A stretch of 64,000 nt of DNA, taken from assembly GCA_046725345.1 (NCBI GenBank), contig JBKOYJ010000028.1, forward strand, positions 1,300-65,299, read 5' to 3'. Below the pieces are notes generated by a model. It had not been told where the DNA came from and made no database searches. It worked only from the letters and a program-made list of their open reading frames with translations. The stretch comes from Actinomycetota bacterium (GTDB taxonomy: Bacteria; Actinomycetota; Thermoleophilia; Gaiellales; Gaiellaceae). The position numbers were made by a program, and so were the translations under genes. Below are positions 36,660-45,188 of this stretch, one piece after another; within the stretch, counting starts at the first letter, position 1; each line of letters begins with the position of its first letter.

Positions 36660-36758
36660 CGGTTGGCGTTCGGGCGTGTCGGCCGGTCAATTCAGACGCG
36701 TGCACGGGCCAAGCCCCTGCACGCTGAATGTCGGCGCCGAGTCGGCGCCTTAAAGGCG
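36660..36758. repeat. Structured intergenic repeat, family A, copy 2
   Basis: Aligns with 15402..15503. Again lies between convergent genes and supplies the TAA stop (36750..36752) of the minus-strand gene. Confidence 0.8.
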
Positions 36759-37079
36759 CGGAGCAGGGAGCGCTAGCGAGCCGTTGGCGACGGTTCGCCG
36801 GGCCTCGTCGAGCTGCGCAAGCAGGGACGCGAGGTCGAGACCGCGGTGCGACGGCGCGAACGGGGAGAGGCGACGGGTCGCCTTCTCGAGCTGCCTGCGG
36901 GTGCCCGTTCCGTTGCCACGGCCGGCCTGGTACCAGGCGACGGCGACGTGGACCACACCCTGGAAGAAGTCACGCTCCTCGGGCGCGGACGCGCGCCAGG
37001 CAAGCTCGAGCTCCTCGTGGGCGGCGAAGAACTCGCCCAGGCGAATGAGCTCGATTCCGAGCTCGTAGCGTCTGGCCAT
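36750..37079 (-). CDS. DUF309 domain protein
   Basis: GIELIRLGEFFAAHEELELAWRASAPEERDFFQGVVHVAVAWYQAGRGN..G...L is the DUF309 pattern. The start is taken at the ATG 37079; the longer ORF N-terminus looks non-coding. Confidence 0.7.
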   Translation of the reverse strand: MARRYELGIELIRLGEFFAAHEELELAWRASAPEERDFFQGVVHVAVAWYQAGRGNGTGTRRQLEKATRRLSPFAPSHRGLDLASLLAQLDEARRTVANGSLALPAPRL

Positions 37080-37259
37080 GTTCGCCTCGGCCGCGTCCAC
37101 CGGGCGCGTGGGCCGGGGTCCTGACTCGCGGGCCGCCGACCTCCTCCCCACGGGTGACACGGTATCGCGGAATTGTGCGCGCGGGGGAGACGAGCTCGTC
37201 GCGAATCTGTGTCGTTTGCGGCGGCTGGGCGCCCGGGAGTGCCGTGTTACTCTCCGCAC

Positions 37260-37571
37260 ATGGCCACGATCCTGCTCTGTGGGGTCGATCTCTTCTTCAG
37301 GGCCAAGCTCGAGGGGCTGCTTCCGGGCCATCGCGTCGTCACGGTCGACAGCGCCGACCGTCCAGAGCTCGTGATCGCGGACATCGCGCGGATCGATCCC
37401 GACGAGGTGGCCGACGCATATCCGGACGTTCCGATCCTCGGATTCACGAACCACACCGATACGGCCGGGCTGCGTGCCGCCCATGCTGCCGGGTTCGATC
37501 AGGTGGTGGCCAAGTCGGCCCTCACGGAGCGCGCGCACGAGCTGGTCGACGAGCTCACCGCGATCACCTAA
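37260..37571 (+). CDS. Small receiver-like (CheY-fold-like) protein, hypothetical
   Basis: 103 aa with an alternating beta/alpha pattern: ILLCGVD, LVIADIA, ILGFTNH, VVAKS, resembling REC beta1/3/4/5 with D, T, K in place. Weak call. Confidence 0.35.
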   Translation: MATILLCGVDLFFRAKLEGLLPGHRVVTVDSADRPELVIADIARIDPDEVADAYPDVPILGFTNHTDTAGLRAAHAAGFDQVVAKSALTERAHELVDELTAIT

Positions 37572-37599
37572 ACGCGTCGGAACACGGGGGGGCGCGAGC

Positions 37600-37605
37600 T
37601 AGAGT
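37600..37605 (+). promoter_or_regulatory. -10 box TAGAGT, 8 nt upstream of GTG 37614 (likely leaderless fdxA)
   Basis: TANNNT hexamer with no SD. Confidence 0.35.
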
Positions 37606-37613
37606 ACGCCACC

Positions 37614-37919
37614 GTGACGTACATCATCGCCGAGCCGTGCATCGACATCAAAGACCGCTCGTGCGTCGACGTTTGCCCGGTCGACTGCATCCACGAGGCC
37701 GACCGGATTCTGATCATCGATCCCGAGGAGTGCATCGACTGCGGGGCGTGCGAGCCTGAGTGCCCCGTCGAGGCGATCTTCCCCGAGGACGCGCTTCCGG
37801 AGAAGTGGAACGACTTCGTCAAGATCAACTACGCGTACAGCGACGGCATGGACGTGGTGAACGAGTTGACGCAGAAGTACGCCGACGACAACGACGTCCA
37901 CAACGAGCCGCTGGAGTAA
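37614..37919 (+). CDS. fdxA: 7Fe ferredoxin (3Fe-4S + 4Fe-4S)
   Basis: TYIIAEPCIDIKDRSCVDVCPVDCIHE...ECIDCGACEPECPVEAI is the classical actinobacterial FdxA. Confidence 0.9.
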   Translation: MTYIIAEPCIDIKDRSCVDVCPVDCIHEADRILIIDPEECIDCGACEPECPVEAIFPEDALPEKWNDFVKINYAYSDGMDVVNELTQKYADDNDVHNEPLE

Positions 37920-37950
37920 GGAACGGCGGCGTTCAGTCGCCAAACACACG

Positions 37951-38649
37951 ATGAATCCTCGCACTCTCGACCACGTCGCCCTCTGGACCGACGAACGCGA
38001 CGCCCTCGCCGACTTCACGGTGGCCCACCTCGGCATGCACGTGATCGAGCAGACCGACCGCTTCACGCTCGTCGGCAGGGACGCGCGCCGAGGGAAGCTC
38101 ACGCTGTTCGAGGCGGAGGGGCCACGCGACCGTGGCGCTCTCGTGCACGTCGGGCTCCGCGTCTCGGACCTCGAAACCGCTGCCCGCGAGCTCCCCGGCG
38201 GATCGGCCACGCGCGTCGGCGACGGCCTCTATGTCGAGGCGCCCGGCAGGCTCAGGGTCGGGCTCGTCGAGGCGCCGACCGACAGCGAATGGGACCTCGA
38301 CCACGTCGCGCTGCGGAGCTCCGACCCGGCGGCCGCGGCAGCTACGTACGTCCGCCTGGGCTTCGAACAGGCCTCGCCGGCCAACGGCGGCAGGCCGCGC
38401 GTCAGCGTCGGCGGCGCGTTCGTCGAGCTCTGGGAGGGCGGCGCGGGACGCGAACCGGAGCGGCCGTTGCTCAACCACCTCGCGGTTCTCGTCGACTCTG
38501 CAGAGGACCACCGGGACGAGGCCGAGCGGCTCGGGATCGAGGTCGACGACTGGGTCGACGCCCCGAACACGATCGCCGTATTCCTGCGCGGCCCGGACGG
38601 CGTCCGCGTGGAGTACGTCGAGCACAAACCCACCTTCTCCCTCGCCTGA
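37951..38649 (+). CDS. Two-domain VOC (glyoxalase/bleomycin resistance/dioxygenase) family protein
   Basis: LDHVALWT... and LDHVALRS.../LNHLAVLV... are repeated VOC beta-alpha-beta modules. Confidence 0.7.
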   Translation: MNPRTLDHVALWTDERDALADFTVAHLGMHVIEQTDRFTLVGRDARRGKLTLFEAEGPRDRGALVHVGLRVSDLETAARELPGGSATRVGDGLYVEAPGRLRVGLVEAPTDSEWDLDHVALRSSDPAAAAATYVRLGFEQASPANGGRPRVSVGGAFVELWEGGAGREPERPLLNHLAVLVDSAEDHRDEAERLGIEVDDWVDAPNTIAVFLRGPDGVRVEYVEHKPTFSLA

Positions 38650-38653
38650 CCGC

Positions 38654-39796
38654 CTGCTCCAGCCGGAGACAAGCCGCAAGGCGGGGTCTCTCACGATCGC
38701 GGGCGCCGGGATGGCCGGGCTCGTCGCGGCGGCTCGGGCTCGCGAGCTCGGCGTGGCACCAATCGTGTTCGAGAAGGGCGACCGACCGGGCGGGTCGATG
38801 CTGCTCTCGAGCTGCGTCGTCTGGCGCTACCGCACGCTCGCGGACTTCCGCCGCGAGTGCCCGGGCGGCGACGAGCGCCTCCAGCGGCTCGTCGTCGAGC
38901 GTCTGGACGACGGCCTCGAGTGGCTCGAGTCGCTCGGTGCTCCTGTGGTCGAACGCGAGACCGGCAACCCGCGCACGGTCGGGTGGCGCTTCGACCCGGT
39001 CGGCCTGACCGAGGCACTCGCGCGCGCGGCCGTGGACGTGTCGCTGCGTTCACCCCTCCCGCCCGACGCGGGGGGACCGGTCGTGCTCGCGACCGGCGGC
39101 TTCCAGGGTTCGCGCGAGCTCGTCGCCCGCTTCATCCGGCCCGACGGCGACCTCCTCTTGCGCGCCAACCGCTGGAGTGCCGGCGAGGGGCTCGCCTTCG
39201 CGCTCGCGCGCGGCGCCGGACTCTCGTCGGGGCTCGACGAGTTCTATGGACGCGCACTCCCGGCGCCGCCCGCACGGATCCGGGAGCAGGACTTCGTTCG
39301 GCTGGCGCAGATCTACGGGCGCTACGCGCTCGTCCTGGACGAGGGAGGAGAAGAGTTCGCCCCCGACCCGGTCTCGTGGTCCGAGATCGACCTCGTTCAC
39401 GCGATCGCCCGCCGGCCCGGAGCGCGGGCGTGGTACCTCGTCGACGACCATGCGCTCGGCGCGCGCGTGCGGGAACGCACGGTCGCCGAGATCGTCGAGG
39501 CCGCCCGGGCAGCGGGCGGCACCGTCGCTCTCGCGGGCGAGCTGCCGTTCGAGCTGCCCACGGCGTACCGCTACGCCGTCCGTGTGCAGGCCGCGATAAC
39601 CCATACGATCGGCGGCTTGAGCACGGACGCGCGTGCGCGCGTGCTCGGCGAGGACGGACGGCCGCTGGACGGGCTCTACGCTGCGGGAGTCGACGTCGGC
39701 GGCCTCGCGACGGGCGGCTACGCGAGCGGTCTCGCGCAAGCGCTCGTGCTCGGCCTGACGGTCGCCGAGACCGCTGCCGAGGAGCTGCGTGACTAG
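38654..39796 (+). CDS. FAD-binding flavoprotein (FAD_binding_2 / fumarate-reductase-flavoprotein-like)
   Basis: LTIAGAGMAGLVAAARARELG...FEKGDRPGGS (Rossmann dinucleotide motif) and C-terminal ITHTIGGLSTD...GLYAAGVDVGG. The 5' end is unresolved: the GxGxxG motif lies upstream of the first ATG (38711). CTG 38654 is used as a placeholder. Confidence 0.7.
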   Translation: MLQPETSRKAGSLTIAGAGMAGLVAAARARELGVAPIVFEKGDRPGGSMLLSSCVVWRYRTLADFRRECPGGDERLQRLVVERLDDGLEWLESLGAPVVERETGNPRTVGWRFDPVGLTEALARAAVDVSLRSPLPPDAGGPVVLATGGFQGSRELVARFIRPDGDLLLRANRWSAGEGLAFALARGAGLSSGLDEFYGRALPAPPARIREQDFVRLAQIYGRYALVLDEGGEEFAPDPVSWSEIDLVHAIARRPGARAWYLVDDHALGARVRERTVAEIVEAARAAGGTVALAGELPFELPTAYRYAVRVQAAITHTIGGLSTDARARVLGEDGRPLDGLYAAGVDVGGLATGGYASGLAQALVLGLTVAETAAEELRD

Positions 39797-39799
39797 GAG

Positions 39800-39994
39800 C
39801 TACTCGATCACGAAGACGCACGGGCGCGAGTCGCCCGGGAGCGGCGAGGCGCCGATCTTCGTCACGCGCTCGCTGCGCCCGTCGATCTCGACCTCAGCGC
39901 CGATCTCAGGCACCTCTCCGTCGCGCTCGAACAGGCGGTAGCCCGTCGGCTGCCAGACGAACAGGAGGTAGCGCTGCTGGCCGACCGGCTCCAC
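39800..39994 (-). CDS. Small hypothetical protein (64 aa) downstream of the sensor kinase
   Basis: ORF in the same orientation, 35 nt after the HK stop. No family recognised. Confidence 0.35.
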   Translation of the reverse strand: MEPVGQQRYLLFVWQPTGYRLFERDGEVPEIGAEVEIDGRSERVTKIGASPLPGDSRPCVFVIE

Positions 39995-40029
39995 GTCCGC
40001 GCGGGAGTCTACAGCCGCCTCTTAGCAGC

Positions 40030-41172
40030 TCAGAGATTGCGTCGAGCGTGTCGCGGCAGGTGGACGTGCACGGTCGTCCCGGTCGGCTCCCCATGCTCGA
40101 CCGACACCTCGCCGCTGACCGTGCGCGCGCGGGCGGCGATCGCCTCGAAGCCTGCGCGGCGGCGCTCGCCCGGCGCGTCGTCGGCGATCTGCGCCTCGAA
40201 CGCTCCGTCGGCCCCCTCGCGAACCGTGACGGAGACGTGGCTGGGCGGACCGCGCCGGAGCGCGCCGTCGAGCGCCTCGCGGATGATCTGGTAGAGCACG
40301 GTCTGCGCCATCTCGGCTAGCTCGTCGGCGGCGGCGACGTCGAGCTCGATCGCGGTCCGCCCATCCAGCCCGAGCCGCTCCGCGAGTGCCGCCACCGCCG
40401 GCTCGAAGCCCTGGTCGCGCAGGACGACCGGCTCGAGTGCGAAGGAGAGATCGCGGAGCTCGCGGATCGTCTCTCGGAGGCGAGGGAGAGCCGACGTCAA
40501 GATCGTCCGGCCCTCCTTCAGCCGCCCCTCGCCGACCGCATGCTGGACGGCGTCGAGCATGAGCGCGATCCCGGAGAGCGATTGCACCGACGTGTCGTGC
40601 AGGTGCAGCGCCAGCCGCCGGCGCTCGTCCTGCTCCGCCGAGACGAGCTGATCCGAAAGCCGCGCGCGCTCGGCTTCACGCACCTCCGCTTCCACACGCA
40701 GCCGCGCGTTCTCGTGCGCACGCTCCACGAAGTCGGCGAGGACGAGCGCGCGTGCCACCTCGGCGCGGCCCAGCGGCCGCTCGGTGACGAGCCGCAGCAG
40801 CTCGACGTTCTCCTCGCGAAGCCGCAGCGGAAGCAGCACCTCGCCGTCGACCGTGTCACGCGCGCCACCGGGAGGAACGAGCTCCGCACGCGCCTCGAAC
40901 AGTCGCTCGGCCTCGTGCCGCGCGAGCTCCGCGATCTCCCGCGGCTCGGGCGTTGCCGCGAGCGCGCCGAGCGAGGAGACGAGAGATTCGAGCGATGCGG
41001 CCTCCCGGGCGAGCTCCTGCTCCGCGAGCGCATGCCGTCGCCGTTCGCTCCGGATCACGTCGACCACGAGCAAGAGTGCGGCCGGGATCGCGAGGGCGAG
41101 CGCGGCGGCGCCGGCAAGGCGGTCGTCGGGCGCGGCCACCATCAGCACTGCCACGACACTGAGCGCGAGCAC
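40030..41172 (-). CDS. Sensor histidine kinase, HisKA_3/NarX-DesK type
   Basis: N-terminal TM helices, ERRRLALHLHDTSVQSL (H box) and a C-terminal HATPase_c region (VSVTVREG...IADDAPG...SGEVSVEHGEPTGTTVHVHLP). GTG 41172 is chosen to avoid the overlap with the regulator gene. Confidence 0.8.
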   Translation of the reverse strand: MLALSVVAVLMVAAPDDRLAGAAALALAIPAALLLVVDVIRSERRRHALAEQELAREAASLESLVSSLGALAATPEPREIAELARHEAERLFEARAELVPPGGARDTVDGEVLLPLRLREENVELLRLVTERPLGRAEVARALVLADFVERAHENARLRVEAEVREAERARLSDQLVSAEQDERRRLALHLHDTSVQSLSGIALMLDAVQHAVGEGRLKEGRTILTSALPRLRETIRELRDLSFALEPVVLRDQGFEPAVAALAERLGLDGRTAIELDVAAADELAEMAQTVLYQIIREALDGALRRGPPSHVSVTVREGADGAFEAQIADDAPGERRRAGFEAIAARARTVSGEVSVEHGEPTGTTVHVHLPRHARRNL

Positions 41173-41194
41173 GGCGAAGAGACGCGCGAATCGA

Positions 41195-41827
41195 CTACTC
41201 GATGATGGACTCGCGAAGGGCAATCGCGACCGCTTGGGTGCGCGTGTCAGCCTCGAGCTTCGCCAGGATGTGCCGGACGTGGCTCTTGACCGTCTCCTGG
41301 CTGATGACGAGGCGGCCGGCGACGTCGGCATTCGACATGCCGTCGGCGAGCAGCTGGAGGATCTCGCGCTCGCGGGCCGTCAGGAGCTCGTCGCGTTCCT
41401 TCTCCGGGAGGAACGCCGCCATGAGCGCCGGGTCGACGTACGCGTCGCCTGCGGCGACCTTGCCGATTGCTCGCACGAGCGTCTCGTGCGGGGCCTCCTT
41501 GAGGATGTAGCCCTTCGCGCCCGACTCGAGGCCCTTCGAGAGCAGGGCGCGCTCGCTGTAGGCGGTGAAGATCAGAACTGCGACGTTCGGCAGACGCGAG
41601 GTGAGGATCTTCGTCGCTTCGAGGCCGTCGATGCCCGGCATCCGGATGTCCATCAGCACGACGTCGGGACGGCGTCGCTCGGCGAGCGCGATTGCCTGTG
41701 TGCCGTCCGCCGCCTCGCCGACGACGCGAATGTGCGGCGCGCGCGAGAGCGAAAGGCGCAGCCCTTCGCGGACCACCTCGTGGTCGTCGACGATGAGGCA
41801 GGTGATCTCGCCGTTGCCCGTCGCCAC
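41195..41827 (-). CDS. NarL/LuxR-family response regulator
   Basis: LIVDDHEVVREGL...VVLMDIRMPGIDG...LIFTAY... plus a C-terminal LTAREREILQLLADGMSNADVAGRLVISQETVKSHVRHIL HTH. Confidence 0.9.
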   Translation of the reverse strand: MATGNGEITCLIVDDHEVVREGLRLSLSRAPHIRVVGEAADGTQAIALAERRRPDVVLMDIRMPGIDGLEATKILTSRLPNVAVLIFTAYSERALLSKGLESGAKGYILKEAPHETLVRAIGKVAAGDAYVDPALMAAFLPEKERDELLTAREREILQLLADGMSNADVAGRLVISQETVKSHVRHILAKLEADTRTQAVAIALRESIIE

Positions 41828-41867
41828 GCCGCGATTCTAGGTGCGCGCGGGGACGGCCCGAGGGAAG

Positions 41868-42764
41868 TCAGACGGCAAGCGCCAGCTGCTCGGGAGCGGT
41901 GGGGGGCGCGAGCTTGACCGGGCGGCGGTCTGCGATGTCGAAGCGCCTGCGCAGCTCGTCCACTCGGTCGCGCACCGGCCGCGTCTCGGCCGAGCCGAGG
42001 TAGGAACGGCCGGCGTAGAGCCGCTCGTAACGCTCGAGCTGCTCGGGCCAGTCGCGAGCTAGCTGCTCGAGGAAGTGCTCCCGCGTGCCGGGCCGCAGGA
42101 ACAAAACGTTTACCCAAAGGTGGGTCGCGCCCGCCTCGCGCGCGGCGCGCACGACGTCGGCGAGCTGCTCCGGCCGGTCCGAGAGGCCGGGGAGGATCGG
42201 CGCCATCGCCACGCCGGCCTTGATCCCGCCGTCGACGAGGGCTTTCAGCGCCCGCAGGCGCTGCCTCGGGTGCGCGGTCCCTGGCTCTGTGCGCCGCCAG
42301 ACCTCCTCGTCGAGGGTCGGGATGGAGAAGTTGACCGACACCTCGGCGCGGGCCGCGGCCTCCTGGAGCACGTCGAGGTCGCGAACCGCGAGCGGGCCGC
42401 GGGTGATGAGGCTGAAGGGATTCCGCGCGGCGGCGAGCGCCTGGATGCATCCGCGCGTGAGCCGGTAGCGGCCCTCGGCCGGCTGGTACGGGTCTGTCGC
42501 CGCCCCGAAGGCGATGCCCTCGCGGCGCCAGGTGGAACGGGCGAGCTCGCGCTCCAGCACCTCGACGACGTTGACCTTGACGCGGATGCTGCGCCCGTAG
42601 CGATCGTCGGAGGGGCGGTCCGCGCGGCGCTCGAACGCACGCACGTAGCAGAACGTGCAGCGGTGGACGCAGCCCATGTACGGGTTGAGCGACCACTTGA
42701 AGGGCATCCCGCGGACGGCGTTGAGCGCGGCGCGGCAGGGCTCTTCGCGATACTCGGCCCGCAC
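41868..42764 (-). CDS. Radical SAM protein, Rv2578c/SplB-like (DNA photolyase-like family)
   Basis: FKWSLNPYMGCVHRCTFCYVRAFE is the CxxxCxxC cluster in this family's typical context. The start is set at the GTG 42764, which sits 8 nt downstream of TATACT. Confidence 0.8.
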   Translation of the reverse strand: MRAEYREEPCRAALNAVRGMPFKWSLNPYMGCVHRCTFCYVRAFERRADRPSDDRYGRSIRVKVNVVEVLERELARSTWRREGIAFGAATDPYQPAEGRYRLTRGCIQALAAARNPFSLITRGPLAVRDLDVLQEAAARAEVSVNFSIPTLDEEVWRRTEPGTAHPRQRLRALKALVDGGIKAGVAMAPILPGLSDRPEQLADVVRAAREAGATHLWVNVLFLRPGTREHFLEQLARDWPEQLERYERLYAGRSYLGSAETRPVRDRVDELRRRFDIADRRPVKLAPPTAPEQLALAV

Positions 42765-42772
42765 GACCGAGC

Positions 42773-42778
42773 AGTATA
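42773..42778 (-). promoter_or_regulatory. -10 box TATACT (minus strand), 8 nt upstream of GTG 42764
   Basis: Read on the reverse complement: tatact-gctcggtc-gtg. Confidence 0.35.
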
Positions 42779-42786
42779 GAGAACAC

Positions 42787-43731
42787 GTGTTCGATTCAGT
42801 CGAGCTTGCCGCGGACGTCCGACGGGTGACGTTCCCGTTGCCGACGCGGCCCGGCCACGTCAACGCCTACCTGCTGCGCGACGGCGACGGCTGGACGCTC
42901 GTCGACACTGGTCTCGCGCTCCCCGACGTGGACGAGCGCCTGGAGCGGCTGGTGGCCGCCCTCGACGCGCCGATCGTCAGGATCGTCATCACCCACATGC
43001 ACCCCGATCACGTCGGTGCGGGAGAGGCCGCTGCGTCGGCGACAGGGGCTTCGGTCTGGCAGGGCGAGCTCGACTACGAGCAGTGCGCGCGCGTGTGGGG
43101 GAATCCCGCCTGGCCGCAGCGGGTCGCAGACTGGTTCCGCGCGAACGGCGTGCCGACTTCGATCACCGACGACCTCCTCGAGCAGGGGCCGGTATTCGCC
43201 TCCTTCATCCGCTTCGCACGCGACCCGCGTCCGTTGCGCGAGGGCGACCGGATTGCCGGCTGGGAGGTGCTCGAGCTGCCCGGCCACGCGGACGGACATC
43301 TGTGCCTGCGGAAGGGCGACCGGCTGGTCTGCGGCGACCATCTCCTGCCCGGGATCTCCCCCGCCGTCGGCCTCTATCCTGAGAGTCGTCCCGATCCGCT
43401 CGGAGACTTCCTCGCGTCGCTCGAGCGGACGATCGCGCTCGCGCCGGCCGTCGCGTATCCGGGGCACGGCGAGCCGCTCGCCGATCCCGTCGGCCGGGCG
43501 CACCAGTTGATTGCGCACCACGACGAGCGGCTGCGGGCAACGGAGAGGGCGCTCTCCGACCGCGCACGGACGGGGTACGAGGTCTCGCTCGCGCTCTTCG
43601 GTGCCGACCTGGAGCCGACCTCGCGCCGCTTTGCCGTCGCCGAGTCGCTCTCCCACCTCGAGCATCTCGTCTCGCTCGAACAGGCTCGCCGGGAAGGGGG
43701 CGACGACCCCATCTCCTATACTTCTGCCTAA
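42787..43731 (+). CDS. MBL-fold metallo-hydrolase
   Basis: NAYLLRDGDGWTLVDTG...IVITHMHPDHVGA...LPGHADGH...YPGHG are the beta-lactamase-fold metal motifs. Confidence 0.8.
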   Translation: MFDSVELAADVRRVTFPLPTRPGHVNAYLLRDGDGWTLVDTGLALPDVDERLERLVAALDAPIVRIVITHMHPDHVGAGEAAASATGASVWQGELDYEQCARVWGNPAWPQRVADWFRANGVPTSITDDLLEQGPVFASFIRFARDPRPLREGDRIAGWEVLELPGHADGHLCLRKGDRLVCGDHLLPGISPAVGLYPESRPDPLGDFLASLERTIALAPAVAYPGHGEPLADPVGRAHQLIAHHDERLRATERALSDRARTGYEVSLALFGADLEPTSRRFAVAESLSHLEHLVSLEQARREGGDDPISYTSA

Positions 43732-43849
43732 CTTTGGAAGACGACGGCCGACCGCCCAGTACGCGCGCCCCGGCGCGCGGGGCTGCCATCACTCCCCGGA
43801 TACCAGCTTCGTTCGCCGCACGAACGGCGAATGACGGCATAGCAGGACC

Positions 43850-45154
43850 ATGACGCTCGCGTTCGAGCTCGTCGCACTCGCGGTCCTGATCCTGCTGAAC
43901 GCCTTCTTCGTGGCGGGCGAGTACGGCCTGGTCACGGCGCGACGGACGCGAATCCGCGAGCTCGAGCAGCAAGGCAGCCGGCGTGCGCGCGACGTGCTCG
44001 CAATCGTCGCCCGGCCGCCGCGGTTCATCGCGGCGATGCAGCTGGGCGTCACGCTCACGAGCCTGGCGATCGGCGCGGTCGGCGAGCCGGTGCTGGCGCA
44101 CGCCCTCGACCCGGTCCTAGCGCGGGTCGTCGCGATCGTGCTCGCGTTCCTGATCATCACGTTCCTGCACGTCGTGATCGGCGAGCTCGTGCCCAAGGGC
44201 GTCGCGCTCAGCTACTCGGACCGCGTCGCGCTCGCGGTCGCCGTTCCTGTTCGCGGGTTCTTCATCCTCTTCTGGCCGCTGATCTGGGTGCTGCAGGGCG
44301 CGACCGAGGGGATCCTGCGCCTGCTCGGTCTTCGCCTCCCGGGCGAGGACGGAATCGTCTACTCGGAGGCCGAGCTCAAGATGCTGCTCGAGCAGTCGAC
44401 CGAGCGCGGCGAGATCGAGCAGGAGGAGCAGGAGATGCTCTACAAGGTCTTCGACTTCGCCGAGAAGGAGGTCTCGGACGTCATGGTTCCGCGGCCCGAG
44501 GTCGTCGCCCTCTCCGTCGACCTCCCGCCCGAGGAGTGCCTGGCGGCCGTCATCGACTCGCCGTTCACTCGCTACCCGGTCTACCGCGGCTCGCTCGACG
44601 AGATCGTCGGCATCCTCCACGTGCGCGACCTCTTCTCGGCGATGAACGAGCGCGGGATCGCGGGGGTCGAGGTCGGCGAGCTCGCCCGCAAGCCGTACAT
44701 CGTCCCGGAGACGAAGAACCTCGGCGCGCTGCTGACGGAGTTCCGGCGCACGAACCAGCACCTGGCGATCGTCGTCGACGAGTACGGTGCGATGCAGGGG
44801 ATCGTGACCATGGAGGACCTGCTCGAGGAGATCGTCGGCGAGATCGAGGACGAGTTCGACCTGCCCGACGAGTCGGTCGAGCGCGTCGACGAGCGTACGG
44901 TGCGCGTCGACGGCACCTTCCCGATCGACGACTTCAACGAGCAGTTCGGGACCGCGCTCCCGGACGAGGACTACCACACGATCGCGGGCTTCGTCTTCGG
45001 CCTGCTCGGTCGCGCGCCCGAGGAGGGCGACGAGGTCGAGCACGACGGCGCGCGTTTCCGCGTCACCGGCGTCGAGGGCTCGCGGATCGAGAAGCTCGAG
45101 GTCGAGCTCCGGGCGGACGGCGATTCCCCGGACGAGGTGCAGGCGCCGGGCTAG
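43850..45154 (+). CDS. Hemolysin-family / CNNM-type protein (DUF21 - CBS pair - CorC_HlyC)
   Basis: LLNAFFVAGEYGLVTARRTRI (DUF21), VSDVMVPR...VYRGSLDEIVGILHVRDL (CBS), V.VDGTFPIDDFNEQFG...YHTIAGFV (CorC_HlyC). Confidence 0.85.
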   Translation: MTLAFELVALAVLILLNAFFVAGEYGLVTARRTRIRELEQQGSRRARDVLAIVARPPRFIAAMQLGVTLTSLAIGAVGEPVLAHALDPVLARVVAIVLAFLIITFLHVVIGELVPKGVALSYSDRVALAVAVPVRGFFILFWPLIWVLQGATEGILRLLGLRLPGEDGIVYSEAELKMLLEQSTERGEIEQEEQEMLYKVFDFAEKEVSDVMVPRPEVVALSVDLPPEECLAAVIDSPFTRYPVYRGSLDEIVGILHVRDLFSAMNERGIAGVEVGELARKPYIVPETKNLGALLTEFRRTNQHLAIVVDEYGAMQGIVTMEDLLEEIVGEIEDEFDLPDESVERVDERTVRVDGTFPIDDFNEQFGTALPDEDYHTIAGFVFGLLGRAPEEGDEVEHDGARFRVTGVEGSRIEKLEVELRADGDSPDEVQAPG

Positions 45155-45188
45155 GCGCGGCCAGCGGCGTTAGGATCGCGGCCGTTCC

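Noticed and set aside
43732-43849. Riboswitch (e.g. Mg/Mn-sensing) in the 118 nt leader of the CNNM/CorC-type gene
   Set aside because: Only two short hairpins are visible (gccccg/cggggc and ttcgccg/cggcgaa). The region is too short for an M-box, and I could not recognise conserved cores of known riboswitch classes by eye. A cmscan would be needed.
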